A DNA stretch of 64,000 nucleotides. Source: Gammaproteobacteria bacterium (lineage in GTDB: Bacteria > Pseudomonadota > Gammaproteobacteria > Eutrophobiales > Eutrophobiaceae). The notes below the pieces were generated by a model that had not been told where the DNA came from, did not search any database, and saw only the letters and a list, made by a program, of their open reading frames with translations. Each line of letters opens with the position of its first letter. Position 1 is the stretch's first letter. Where the stretch lies: NCBI GenBank assembly GCA_965243205.1, contig CBDEUK010000002.1, forward strand, positions 1,248,001-1,312,000. Direction: 5' to 3'. Positions 49,545 to 59,704 of the stretch are shown piece after piece. A program made the translations under genes and the position numbers.

Positions 49545-51367
49545 AGTTGTTCTATCTCTGCATCAAATTTTTCAAAAACTCTTTGTTTCAATTCTTTTTG
49601 ATATTCTGATGTCACAAATAGTTCGGTTTTAATTTTATCATTCGGATTGTCAAATATATCGGCTGGCAAGGTATAATCTGAATCTTCAAATCCTTGTTTT
49701 TTCTCTAACCATAATCCTCGGATAAATGAATTTCTGACAGCCGTGCGGAGTTCTTCTTCTGTTATTTTTAAATTGGTTAAATGCTCAATGGCATCAATTA
49801 ATGTCGCGTTATCCAAATTTGCAAACTTACAAATACCGGTTAAATCATCACGCACCATATATAAACCTTTATCAACGATCTTACTTACCCAGTAATCCAT
49901 TGAGGTATCTCCATCAGACGCCAAGATACTATAGGTTTGCATACTCATGTGCCCGCCAGCAATCGCCCAGATATATCCAGGATTGGTTTCAGGAAGATAT
50001 GCCGGTAACTCCAAACCTTTTACATGCATAGCATATCCAGGTTGTTTACATTCTTCAGATAAGCGCTTTGAACCTTGTCCTAAAGTTCTACATTTTCCAC
50101 TACCTGTATCGACTACTAATTGCCGAATGGCTTCAAAGTCACCAAATTGAACATTATTAAGAATAGTATTGCCTGGATTGCGTTCGTTGTAATCTAATGC
50201 ATACGAAATCGTGGCACCGAGCGAAATTGAATCCATACCATAGCGATCGCATAAACCAACTAACTCAGCAGCTTGTCCTCCATCATGGATACCTAAATTG
50301 GTTGATAAAAGATTTAATGGTTCGTAATCAAACTTAGCCAAAAACTTTCCACGATTCCCTTCTTCATCTTTTTCATAAATATTTTTATGGCAAGCAATAG
50401 CACAGCGAAAACAATTTTCAGCTTTAACTATAAAATCTTTTTCAACGTTATCACGAAATAATTTATCTGGGTTACCTGTTGCTTTAGGACGGAAATTATT
50501 TTCTGGGACAATGTGTAATTTTTCCATCGGCACATAATTAGACCAGGTACCACCTAAGCCACCTTTCTTAGGTTCGCGATACTTACGTGAACCAGGACCA
50601 CTGGAAATGTATTTATTCCATTCTCTAATTTCTGGTGATAATTTTTCTTTTACATCACGTGAGTCAGCAATAATCCCTAGTAAATTTTTTGAACCCATTA
50701 CTGAGCCCATACCCGCACGGCCAGCCCAACGACATTTATCATCACCGGATTTCAGTAAGTTTTCAGTACTGCATCCTACTGCACCATAAAAGCAATTCTC
50801 ATAGTTCTCACCTGCAGGACCAATCATAGCGAAATGACTATCAGGGTAATCTTCTTTCAATTCGATAATTTTATCGTGACTACTTTTACCCAATAAATGT
50901 TCTGCTGACTTTAATTGAATTTCAGGCCCTTGTTCCGTTTCCTGAACATGTAAAACAACAGGTTGTGCAGAACGCCCCGTAAAAACAATCTCATCGATTC
51001 CTGTCCAACGTAATTTAGTACCAAACTTTCCACTGGCTGCCGACCACATAACACCTGGTAATCCTTTATTGGAAACTTTTAATGGGCTATAACTGGAAAA
51101 ATAGGTTCTGAGTCCTGTCATGATCGGAGTTCCCGTCAACAAACCAGTACTGACAACCAAAGGATTTTCCGGACTATATGGATCTGTAATCGATTCTTTG
51201 CCTAAAATTTTATAAGCGCGTGCATAACCACCCAGTACATCTTCTAGGGTTTCACAATGGATAGTCTCGATGTTTATCGTCGCATTCGACAAATCGACAG
51301 TGCAGCGTTGGTAACTGACTGTACTAGGGTCAAAATGTGTTAAAGCTTCTGTTTTACTCATAGCCAA
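49535..51367 (-). CDS. Aldehyde:ferredoxin oxidoreductase family (W/Mo bis-pterin) enzyme
   Basis: GRAGMGSVMGSKNL, CFRCAIAC, DRYGMDSIS, AMHVKGLELPAY, TGICKF. Confidence 0.88.
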   Translation of the reverse strand: MAMSKTEALTHFDPSTVSYQRCTVDLSNATINIETIHCETLEDVLGGYARAYKILGKESITDPYSPENPLVVSTGLLTGTPIMTGLRTYFSSYSPLKVSNKGLPGVMWSAASGKFGTKLRWTGIDEIVFTGRSAQPVVLHVQETEQGPEIQLKSAEHLLGKSSHDKIIELKEDYPDSHFAMIGPAGENYENCFYGAVGCSTENLLKSGDDKCRWAGRAGMGSVMGSKNLLGIIADSRDVKEKLSPEIREWNKYISSGPGSRKYREPKKGGLGGTWSNYVPMEKLHIVPENNFRPKATGNPDKLFRDNVEKDFIVKAENCFRCAIACHKNIYEKDEEGNRGKFLAKFDYEPLNLLSTNLGIHDGGQAAELVGLCDRYGMDSISLGATISYALDYNERNPGNTILNNVQFGDFEAIRQLVVDTGSGKCRTLGQGSKRLSEECKQPGYAMHVKGLELPAYLPETNPGYIWAIAGGHMSMQTYSILASDGDTSMDYWVSKIVDKGLYMVRDDLTGICKFANLDNATLIDAIEHLTNLKITEEELRTAVRNSFIRGLWLEKKQGFEDSDYTLPADIFDNPNDKIKTELFVTSEYQKELKQRVFEKFDAEIEQLCA

Positions 51368-51433
51368 ATTAATAACAATAAAAGTCCTACCAGCCGTATA
51401 ACGGCAAGTTATAAATATGATTGATTTACTTAG

Positions 51434-51460
51434 ATATCGACGTTTTAAGTCAGGTTTTTA
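51434..51460 (-). promoter_or_regulatory. Possible sigma28 (FliA) promoter for the AOR gene
   Basis: Minus strand TAAA-N15-GTCGATAT against consensus TAAA-N15-GCCGATAA. Confidence 0.4.
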
Positions 51461-51899
51461 ACCAGACGCGCAACTCAGAAATTTCCGCCCTCTGGCAGGA
51501 AGATGCGAGATAATATCTTAGTCTATGTGCGATTGCATAATAATTTTCATGTATATCGTTATAATCAACGAAATACATGTGCTTTGTCATAGTTTTTTAA
51601 AATATTACGGTTTTAGTAAGAAATCGCCAATATATTATTTTCATTTAAAATCAATGAGTTAAACATTTATTACAATAGAATAGTCATAAAAAAGCCATCA
51701 CTTTCATATTTTGTTAGCAAAAATGACTTTTTATTACAATGTAAATTCTGTGATTTCCGACACAAAATTACTTCAGTATCATGATCTAAGTGCCGAAAAA
51801 CCTTTATATTGCTATCAATAACGTCTTTCCAGTGAAATAAGATAGTTTGGTATAGCACAAAATTCGCTTTATACAGATGTGCCTAACTCAGGAACCTAT

Positions 51900-52760
51900 A
51901 TGTCTTTAAATACATTTCGTAATCAAGAACTTCTTCGAAGTATCTCGCTTTTTCAGTCATTAGAAACTGAAGAACTGAGCCAAATACTCGATGCACCGGA
52001 AAATGGTATTGAAGGCTATGAAGCTAAGGAAGTAATCGTAGAGGAAGCGGAGATCGGTCATTGCATGTATGTAATTTTAAGTGGTACTGCTGAGGTTACT
52101 GTCCATCATGATGAGCGAAATGTAGAAGTCACAGTCAATACACTCAATGCTGGTGATTTTTTTGGTGAACAGGCTTTAATGCCAGAAGGCACTGGGAAAC
52201 GTAATGCAACAGTTAGGGCTTTAAATCCAGTTTTAGCACTAAGGATTGAGAAAAAATACGTATTACTTCATGTAGACCACGCTGAGGCTGAACCTCTAAA
52301 CCCTCACGACACCTTAAATTTACCTAATTCTGAAGTACTCAGAACTATACTCGATATGCGTTTATTCCGTACGCTAACCGAAGATGAGTTACTGCGTATT
52401 GATGAATGGACAACTATCTTGACCGTTGAAGCTGGAGAGTTCGTAGTCAAAGAAGCCGAACCTGCTGATTATATGTATGTAATTATCGAAGGTAGTTTAG
52501 AGGCTTTCACTACTGATAGTTTTGGCAAGATAATAATTTTAGCGCAACATGGACCAGGCCGATATTTTGGAGAACAAGCTTTAATGAGCGAGCAAGTTGG
52601 CAAGCGCAGTTGCTATGTTCGCTCAAATGGTCGATCAAGGCTCATACGTATTCCTAAAGAATACTTTCGTTTAGTCTTAAAGCGCGATGTTGAATTGGCT
52701 GAGTCCTTAAAACAAATCGGTACTGCACAAAAAGCTGAAATAGAAAAACTGCATATCTAA
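51900..52760 (+). CDS. Double cNMP-binding domain protein (paralog 1)
   Basis: FFGEQALM...KRNATVRA and YFGEQALM...KRSCYVRS phosphate-binding cassettes. Confidence 0.88.
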   Translation: MSLNTFRNQELLRSISLFQSLETEELSQILDAPENGIEGYEAKEVIVEEAEIGHCMYVILSGTAEVTVHHDERNVEVTVNTLNAGDFFGEQALMPEGTGKRNATVRALNPVLALRIEKKYVLLHVDHAEAEPLNPHDTLNLPNSEVLRTILDMRLFRTLTEDELLRIDEWTTILTVEAGEFVVKEAEPADYMYVIIEGSLEAFTTDSFGKIIILAQHGPGRYFGEQALMSEQVGKRSCYVRSNGRSRLIRIPKEYFRLVLKRDVELAESLKQIGTAQKAEIEKLHI

Positions 52761-52890
52761 ACATTTTCGCAGCATTCGCGTTTATTTCTCGATAAAATCT
52801 ATAGTAATATCATATAATAAGCTCATAATATGAGTTTATTGTGTAAGGTATTTTTATTTGCACATGATATTCGATCACGCGGAATACTGA

Positions 52891-53754
52891 ATGAGCGACA
52901 ATACATTTCAAAATCAGGAAATTTTAAAAAAGATACCTTTCTTCCAGCATCTAAGCCATGAAGAGCTAGGCAGCATTATAGAAGCACCTGAAAACTCAGT
53001 AGAATCATTTGATTCTCGTCAAGTTATCGTACGAGAATCGGAGATCGCTGATTGTATGTATGTGATCTTTGATGGTACAGCAGAAGTATATTTACGACTT
53101 GAAGGCGGTGATAGACAACTTACTGTAGCAACCTTGCATAAAGGCGATTTTTTTGGCGAACAAGCTATTTTACCTGGCGGGCCGGGAGTGCGTAATGCAT
53201 CGGTACGTTCTTTACATCCTAGTAAGATGTTAAAGATCGATAAAAAATACGTCATTGAATACGCCAATGTACAAGATGATTCTGACATGAATACCGTTGG
53301 TGATGTCGATCATACTCACCATGAAATGCATAATCTTTTGAGCAAAATGCGTTTATTTCAAACTGTCAGTGAGCGAGAGTTTTCGAATATATCAACTTGG
53401 GCCAAAATTGAATCGTATGAATCAGGTCAATTTGTTTTTAGAGAATTTCAAGAAGGCGATGGTATTTATATTGTACTAGAAGGTATGGTAGAAATATTTA
53501 TTCTGGATAGCTCAGGCAAAGTAGTTATTTTCGCTCGATTAAATCGCGGTCGTTACTTTGGAGAACAAGCATTACTACCAGGTGGTGATTCCAAACGTAA
53601 TAGTTATGCGCGCGCCGATAGTAAAACTCGATTAATTCGTATTGATCGTTCATTCTTTGAAATCATTCTGAATCGTGATCATAAACTTTTAGAAGCCCTG
53701 AAAAAAATCGGTGATTCTCAAGGAACAGAGATCAATCGTATAAAAACCAATTAA
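52891..53754 (+). CDS. Double cNMP-binding domain protein (paralog 2)
   Basis: FFGEQAIL...VRNASVRS and YFGEQALL...KRNSYARA. Confidence 0.88.
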   Translation: MSDNTFQNQEILKKIPFFQHLSHEELGSIIEAPENSVESFDSRQVIVRESEIADCMYVIFDGTAEVYLRLEGGDRQLTVATLHKGDFFGEQAILPGGPGVRNASVRSLHPSKMLKIDKKYVIEYANVQDDSDMNTVGDVDHTHHEMHNLLSKMRLFQTVSEREFSNISTWAKIESYESGQFVFREFQEGDGIYIVLEGMVEIFILDSSGKVVIFARLNRGRYFGEQALLPGGDSKRNSYARADSKTRLIRIDRSFFEIILNRDHKLLEALKKIGDSQGTEINRIKTN

Positions 53755-53789
53755 TACCACTTGTTTCGTTTTGTTGTTTACATTCTTTT

Positions 53790-54707
53790 ATGAACTACGC
53801 GCTTGAAATTTCTAAGCTCACAAAAACTTATGCTAATGGCAAGCATGCCCTTAAAGGCATTGACCTAGTTGTTAATAATGGTGATTTCTTCGCTTTGCTA
53901 GGACCTAACGGTGCAGGTAAATCAACAACGATTGGTATAGTATCTGGTTTAGTCAACAAGACTTCCGGCACAGCAAAAATTTTTGGCCACGATATAAACA
54001 CTGATTCGTATCATGCTAAGTCTGCACTTGGTGTAGTACCACAAGAAATTAATTTTTCACAATTTGAAACATGTTATGAAATCGTATTAAATCAGGCAGG
54101 TTATTACGGTTTACATAAAGCTCTCGCTAAAGAACGAGCAGAACATTATTTAAATCAACTTGGTCTTTGGGATCGTCGTTTGGATCGTTCACGAAATCTA
54201 TCTGGCGGTTTAAAACGACGACTTATGATTGCTAGAGCATTAGCACATAACCCTAAATTATTAATTCTAGATGAACCCACTGCTGGCGTTGATGTTGAAC
54301 TACGTCGTTCTATGTGGGATTTCTTAACTGAGATCAATGAACAAGGTACAACTATTGTTCTAACCACACATTACCTCGAAGAAGCTGAACGACTTTGCAG
54401 GAATATAGCCATTATTGATAATGGTGAACTAATTCAAAATACATCTATGAAATCATTATTGTCTCAATTAACTACAGAAAGCCTAATACTAGAATTAAAA
54501 GAACCTTTAATATCAAAGCCTGAAATAAATGAGTTTGATTTTAAACAAATTGATGAACTTTGTTGTGAAGTAACCATTGAAAAAGATCAGGATTTGAATG
54601 ACGTTTTTGATGAACTTTCGAAATATAATATAAAAATCTCTTCAGTAAGAAATAAATCAAACCGTTTAGAAGAATTGTTTATAAATCTTGTTGAGAAAAC
54701 TGAGTAA
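53790..54707 (+). CDS. yadG: ABC transporter ATP-binding protein YadG
   Basis: GPNGAGKST, LSGGLKRRLMIARAL, NRLEELF. Confidence 0.85.
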   Translation: MNYALEISKLTKTYANGKHALKGIDLVVNNGDFFALLGPNGAGKSTTIGIVSGLVNKTSGTAKIFGHDINTDSYHAKSALGVVPQEINFSQFETCYEIVLNQAGYYGLHKALAKERAEHYLNQLGLWDRRLDRSRNLSGGLKRRLMIARALAHNPKLLILDEPTAGVDVELRRSMWDFLTEINEQGTTIVLTTHYLEEAERLCRNIAIIDNGELIQNTSMKSLLSQLTTESLILELKEPLISKPEINEFDFKQIDELCCEVTIEKDQDLNDVFDELSKYNIKISSVRNKSNRLEELFINLVEKTE

Positions 54708-54718
54708 GCAGAATAAAA

Positions 54719-55492
54719 ATGTACTGGGATAAGTTATTTATTGCGTATAAAACTTTAGTTAGAAAAGAAATTTCAAGGTTCTTACGTATTTGGGTACAAA
54801 CTATCTTACCGCCAGTAGTGAGTATGTCTTTGTATTTTATTATTTTTGGCAACCTAATTGGCCCAAGAATCGGTGAAATGAATGGTTTTGCTTATATGGA
54901 ATATATCGCACCAGGGATTATTATGATGTCGGTGATTAATAACTCTTATGCAAATGTTGTTTCATCTTTTTTTGGTGCTAAATTTCAAAAACACATTGAA
55001 GAATTATTAGTTTCCCCTATACCTAATTTACTTATACTGGTTGGTTATATTACTGGCGGTGTTGCCAGAGGCATATTAGTTGGCCTGATAGTTACTGTCG
55101 TGGCATTATTTTTTACTGAATTAACAATACATAATTATTGGATCGTCATTTCAGTTATCTTATTAACATCAATCTTGTTTTCATTAGCTGGTTTCATCAA
55201 TGGTGTTTTTGCTAGAAATTTTGATGATATTTCAATTATCCCAACGTTTGTATTAACACCATTGATCTATCTTGGTGGTGTTTTTTATTCAATAAATTTA
55301 TTACCCGACTTTTGGCAAGGAGTATCAAAACTAAATCCAATATTATATATGGTCAATGCTTTTCGTTATGGCATATTAGGTGAGTCAGATATAGATGTAA
55401 CTTCGGCAATATTATTTATTGTTACGTTTAGTATCGTATTATTTTTATATTGCTGGTACTTAATCAATAAAGGAATAGGAATTAAGAATTAA
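54719..55492 (+). CDS. yadH: ABC-2 permease YadH
   Basis: [39 protein letters not shown]. Confidence 0.88.
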   Translation: MYWDKLFIAYKTLVRKEISRFLRIWVQTILPPVVSMSLYFIIFGNLIGPRIGEMNGFAYMEYIAPGIIMMSVINNSYANVVSSFFGAKFQKHIEELLVSPIPNLLILVGYITGGVARGILVGLIVTVVALFFTELTIHNYWIVISVILLTSILFSLAGFINGVFARNFDDISIIPTFVLTPLIYLGGVFYSINLLPDFWQGVSKLNPILYMVNAFRYGILGESDIDVTSAILFIVTFSIVLFLYCWYLINKGIGIKN

Positions 55493-55848
55493 TCGCCTTT
55501 ATAGATGCAGCCTGCGGTACAAGTTTCTTGCACTACTACTGCTTCCAATAAATTTAGTTGCGGTTTTAGTTTATCAAAAATCCATTTAGCTAGATTCTCA
55601 CTGGTTGGGTTTTCTAAACCTGGTATTTCATTTAGATAATGATGATCAAGCTGTTCATAGATCGGTTTAAATATTTTACTGATTTCAGCAAAATCCATAA
55701 CCCATCCAGTTCCCTTATTTACCTCGCCTTCAACATGAATTTCTATATTAAATGAATGACCATGCAAACGGTGACATTTATGATCTTCAGGTAAATTAGG
55801 TAACCTGTGTGCGGCTTCTATAGTAAATTTTTTATAAATCTTCACCAC
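55489..55848 (-). CDS. queD: 6-carboxytetrahydropterin synthase QueD
   Basis: EAAHRL...[22 protein letters not shown]. Confidence 0.95.
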   Translation of the reverse strand: MVKIYKKFTIEAAHRLPNLPEDHKCHRLHGHSFNIEIHVEGEVNKGTGWVMDFAEISKIFKPIYEQLDHHYLNEIPGLENPTSENLAKWIFDKLKPQLNLLEAVVVQETCTAGCIYKGD

Positions 55849-56683
55849 TGAAGTCTCGTTTAAATTCTTGATAAATAGTATTTATTTGATGCCACATTTT
55901 ACCAACTTTACCATCACCTACTGATTGATCATTGATTTTAATGACAGGGATTATTTCTTGGGTAGAGCTTGTTAACCAAATCTCATCTGCAGATTTTAGT
56001 TCATTTTCAGTAATATCCATTTCATGAATCGGTAAACTATTTTTAGATGCTAGCTCAACCACTAGATCTCGAGTAATACCTGGCAATAACTGATGATCTT
56101 TTTTAGGTGTCTTTATCTTATTATCCTTAACAATAAATACATTACTTGCCGCCCCTTCTGTGAGCAAACCATTTTTGTTTATTAAAACAGCTTCTTTAGC
56201 TCCTTTTTTATGTGCATCATATTTTAGTAGCACCCCTGGTAATAAAGCGATTGATTTAATATCGCAAAATTTCCAACGTATATCTTCCGTTGTAATGATA
56301 GCGACACCTTCATGATTGGTTTTTTTAGTTAATGGTCGACTCATTGCGAACACAGTTGGTGTCATATTTTCAGAGAAAACATGATCTCGTTCAGCAACAC
56401 CTCGAGTTACTTGAAGATATAAAGATTGATCACCATTGTCATTTCTCTTAACAACATTAGATAGAATATCTTTCCATTCATTATTTTTATATGGATTATC
56501 AATATGGATTGCATCTAAACTATTTTGCAAACGTTTTAAATGTTCATCACAACGAAAAATAAAACCATTATAGACAGGGAAAACTTCATAAACACCGTCA
56601 GCAAAAATAAAGCCCCTATCTAAAACAGACACTTTAGCCTGGTCTTTATCCAAATACTTATCATTTAGAAAAACAGTAGACAT
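55832..56683 (-). CDS. dat: D-amino acid aminotransferase (class IV PLP)
   Basis: [32 protein letters not shown]; downstream of dacA. Confidence 0.85.
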   Translation of the reverse strand: MSTVFLNDKYLDKDQAKVSVLDRGFIFADGVYEVFPVYNGFIFRCDEHLKRLQNSLDAIHIDNPYKNNEWKDILSNVVKRNDNGDQSLYLQVTRGVAERDHVFSENMTPTVFAMSRPLTKKTNHEGVAIITTEDIRWKFCDIKSIALLPGVLLKYDAHKKGAKEAVLINKNGLLTEGAASNVFIVKDNKIKTPKKDHQLLPGITRDLVVELASKNSLPIHEMDITENELKSADEIWLTSSTQEIIPVIKINDQSVGDGKVGKMWHQINTIYQEFKRDFSGEDL

Positions 56684-56685
56684 AA

Positions 56686-57819
56686 TTATTCCATCATTAG
56701 ATAGATGCTGTCTTTAATCCTATTAAATATTCCAGCCGGTTCTACTGCATTCATGGCAAGTAGAGGAACCCTTGCTAACTCATCTCCCTCTAGACTAATA
56801 ATCAAGGTTCCTAACTTTTGACCTTGTGAAACTGGAGCGATGATTTTATCTTGCGTTTCAACGGTTGCTTTTAATTTTTGAAATTGCCCTTTTGGGTAAG
56901 TCAATACTAGCGGTTTATCTAAACCTAAAGACAACTCAGGTGTATTTCCTTTCCAGACTTTAACCGCTTCGATTTTTTCCTGTTGACTATATAACTGTTT
57001 CGTTTCAAAAAAACGGTAGCCATAATTTAATAATGATTGTGTAGCTTTAGTTCTCGCTTCAGTACTATCGGTTCCCATGACTACACTGATAAGACGCATT
57101 CCATCTCTCACTGCGGAAGCAACCAAACAATAGCCAGCCTCTTCAGTATGCCCAGTTTTTAGACCATCAACCGTTGGATCACGCCATAACAACTGATTAC
57201 GATTAGGCTGTGTAATGTTATTAAACGTAAACTCTTTTATAGAATGTAATTCATGGAGTTCAGGAAAATCCTTAATTAACGCACTAGCCAAAATCGCTAA
57301 ATCATGTGCTGTTGTTTTATGATTTTCACCGGGTAAGCCAGTACTATTCTCAAAATGAGAATTTTCCATACCCAGTTGTTGTGCATATTGATTCATCACT
57401 TGTGCAAACACTTCTTCAGTGCCAGACACATATTCCGCCAAAGCAACACTTGCATCATTACCAGATTGCACAATAACCCCTTTTAACAAATCATCTACCG
57501 ATACTTGTTTATTTACCTCAATAAACATTCTTGAACCAGGCATTTTCCAAGCTTTATTACTGACTAATACTAAATCATCTTCACTGATAGCGCCTTGCTG
57601 TAATTCATGAGCAACAGCATATATAGTCATGATCTTTGTTAAACTAGCTGGCGGTAAAATTTCATGGCTATTCTTTTCAGCAATGATTTTTCCACTTTCA
57701 TAATCGAGTAGAATATAGGACTTAGCATTAATTGCAGGTGCAGCCGGAACAACTGATACTGCAGAATTTGCTGTAACAGCAATACTGATTAATAAACACG
57801 TAATAATTCTTTTAAACAT
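56686..57819 (-). CDS. dacA: D-alanyl-D-alanine carboxypeptidase (PBP5/6)
   Basis: PASLTK, SGND, LKTGHT; likely start ATG 57819 (MFKRIITC signal peptide). Confidence 0.92.
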   Translation of the reverse strand: MFKRIITCLLISIAVTANSAVSVVPAAPAINAKSYILLDYESGKIIAEKNSHEILPPASLTKIMTIYAVAHELQQGAISEDDLVLVSNKAWKMPGSRMFIEVNKQVSVDDLLKGVIVQSGNDASVALAEYVSGTEEVFAQVMNQYAQQLGMENSHFENSTGLPGENHKTTAHDLAILASALIKDFPELHELHSIKEFTFNNITQPNRNQLLWRDPTVDGLKTGHTEEAGYCLVASAVRDGMRLISVVMGTDSTEARTKATQSLLNYGYRFFETKQLYSQQEKIEAVKVWKGNTPELSLGLDKPLVLTYPKGQFQKLKATVETQDKIIAPVSQGQKLGTLIISLEGDELARVPLLAMNAVEPAGIFNRIKDSIYLMME

Positions 57820-57841
57820 ATAATATAAACACCATACACTC

Positions 57842-58711
57842 TTAATCTGAAATAAAATTTGGATTGCTAATGCCTTCACGCTCCAAAGTTGAAACAATCG
57901 TATTTGCAACTTGAGCATCACTGACAGGCCCAATTAATACACGATACCAAGCTTGATTATTAACTATCGTTTTTTTCACGCTCACTAGATGTGCTGTCTT
58001 CGCAGACAATTGTTCACGAAGTTTCATAGCATTATTTTCTAAGCTAAAAGAACCTGCCTGGATATAAAAACCATTAGATAGCTTACGATTAACTTTCACA
58101 ATCTCTTTAGAAGTTGGCTCTTTCCATGCTCTCTGTTGTTTTGGTTGAGGGTTATAACCTGGCGTTATAGCTTCAACTTCCACAGGCGCAGTACCTGTTT
58201 TCACAACATCTAATTTTAAAGCTGCTACATATGATAAATCTATTATCCGCCCTTCATGAAATGGGCCACGATCATTTACTTTAACAATGATATGTTTACC
58301 ATTCTGTAAATTAGTGACTTTAACATACGTTGGTAAAGGCAGACTTTTATGTGCAGCAGTCATTGCATACATATCATAGGTTTCACCACTTGAAGTCCTT
58401 CTTCCATGAAATTTTGTACCATACCAAGAAGCATCGCCACGTTCCCGGTAACCCACAGCACTGTTCATAACATAATAACGTTTACCAAATACATCATAAC
58501 TTTTTGGGTTACCATATTTACTACGCCGTTCTTTTTTTGGAACAGCATTAGAAATTTTGGATACATCAATATTTTTATTAATTGGGGCGCCATCTTTTGA
58601 AGTTCTATTTTTGACTGGAGAACTTCCACAAGCACCAAGCGATATTAATAAAATTAATACAAGGAACTGTTTGATAAATATAAATAGGTTGTAATTATCA
58701 AAATTCATCAT
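57842..58711 (-). CDS. rlpA: Septal ring lytic transglycosylase RlpA (DPBB + SPOR)
   Basis: Lipobox LGAC, ASWYG, VNDRGPF, IIDLS, C-terminal SPOR (IQAGSF). Confidence 0.93.
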   Translation of the reverse strand: MMNFDNYNLFIFIKQFLVLILLISLGACGSSPVKNRTSKDGAPINKNIDVSKISNAVPKKERRSKYGNPKSYDVFGKRYYVMNSAVGYRERGDASWYGTKFHGRRTSSGETYDMYAMTAAHKSLPLPTYVKVTNLQNGKHIIVKVNDRGPFHEGRIIDLSYVAALKLDVVKTGTAPVEVEAITPGYNPQPKQQRAWKEPTSKEIVKVNRKLSNGFYIQAGSFSLENNAMKLREQLSAKTAHLVSVKKTIVNNQAWYRVLIGPVSDAQVANTIVSTLEREGISNPNFISD

Positions 58712-59694
58712 CTAGATAAGAATTTACGCTTTATTTCCTGAGATAATTGATACGCTGCCATAGCATAAAGATGGCTATGATTATAACGTGTAATCACATA
58801 AAAATTGTGCATGCCAACCCAGTATTCGAGTTGAGAATCTGTCTCTAGTTCCAACAAACTGTATTTAGATTCGTCAGAAATGGCTGCAACAGGTTTTACT
58901 TTAAATTTCTCGACTATTTCTTCTTTACTATATTTTGGTTTTAATTGATTTTTTTCCGCCGATTTATGAGCATCCCCTGAAATACTAGCTCTAACCACAA
59001 TTTCTTCATCTTTATGCCATTTATGCATATGAAAATAGTTCGCAACAGAACCAATAGCATCAACAGGATTATTCCAAATATCGATTTTATTATCATCATC
59101 AAAATCAATTGCATAGTGTCGATAACTACTTGGAATAAACTGCGGTATGCCCATAGCACCTGCATAAGAACCGTAAAGTGTTAATGGATCAACATTTTGA
59201 TCAACACATAAGAGTAAAAATTCTTCTAACTGTTTGCGAAAAAATTTAGCACGTTTTGGATAATAAAAACCCAGTGTGCTTAAGGCATCAATGACCTTAT
59301 GCTTACCGGTAAATTTACCGAATCGAGTTTCCACACCAATAATGGCAACAATCATTTCAGGCGGCACACCATATATTTGATGAGCGCGTTCTAAATCAGC
59401 GCGGTATTTATTCCAAAACTCCATACCTTTTAAACTACGCTTTCCATCAATAAAAATTTTTCGATATTGCCCCCATGTTAATTTTTTTTCAGCTGGTCGA
59501 GAAATAGCATCTAATATCGATTGTGATTTACTGACTTGAGAAAATAAGGTTATGAGTTCATCTTCAAGAAAATGGTGCTTATTCACCATTTCATTTATAA
59601 ATTTTTCTACTTCGGGATCTTTAGAAGATAAAGCAAATACTGCTGAAATAGAAAAATTTAGAATTATGAAAATTATTATTTTTATTTTAAACAC
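58708..59694 (-). CDS. mltB: Lytic murein transglycosylase B
   Basis: IIGVETRFG, GSYAGAMGIPQFIPSS, ITRYNHS..YAMA. Confidence 0.93.
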   Translation of the reverse strand: MFKIKIIIFIILNFSISAVFALSSKDPEVEKFINEMVNKHHFLEDELITLFSQVSKSQSILDAISRPAEKKLTWGQYRKIFIDGKRSLKGMEFWNKYRADLERAHQIYGVPPEMIVAIIGVETRFGKFTGKHKVIDALSTLGFYYPKRAKFFRKQLEEFLLLCVDQNVDPLTLYGSYAGAMGIPQFIPSSYRHYAIDFDDDNKIDIWNNPVDAIGSVANYFHMHKWHKDEEIVVRASISGDAHKSAEKNQLKPKYSKEEIVEKFKVKPVAAISDESKYSLLELETDSQLEYWVGMHNFYVITRYNHSHLYAMAAYQLSQEIKRKFLSR

Positions 59695-59704
59695 GTTTTA
59701 ACCT

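Noticed and set aside
51670-51858. 62-aa minus-strand ORF in the AOR/cNMP intergenic region
   Set aside because: No RBS or recognisable motif; sits in promoter DNA.
51853-51868. sigma54-like TAGCACAAAATTCGCT before cNMP paralog 1
   Set aside because: Lacks the invariant GG at -24.
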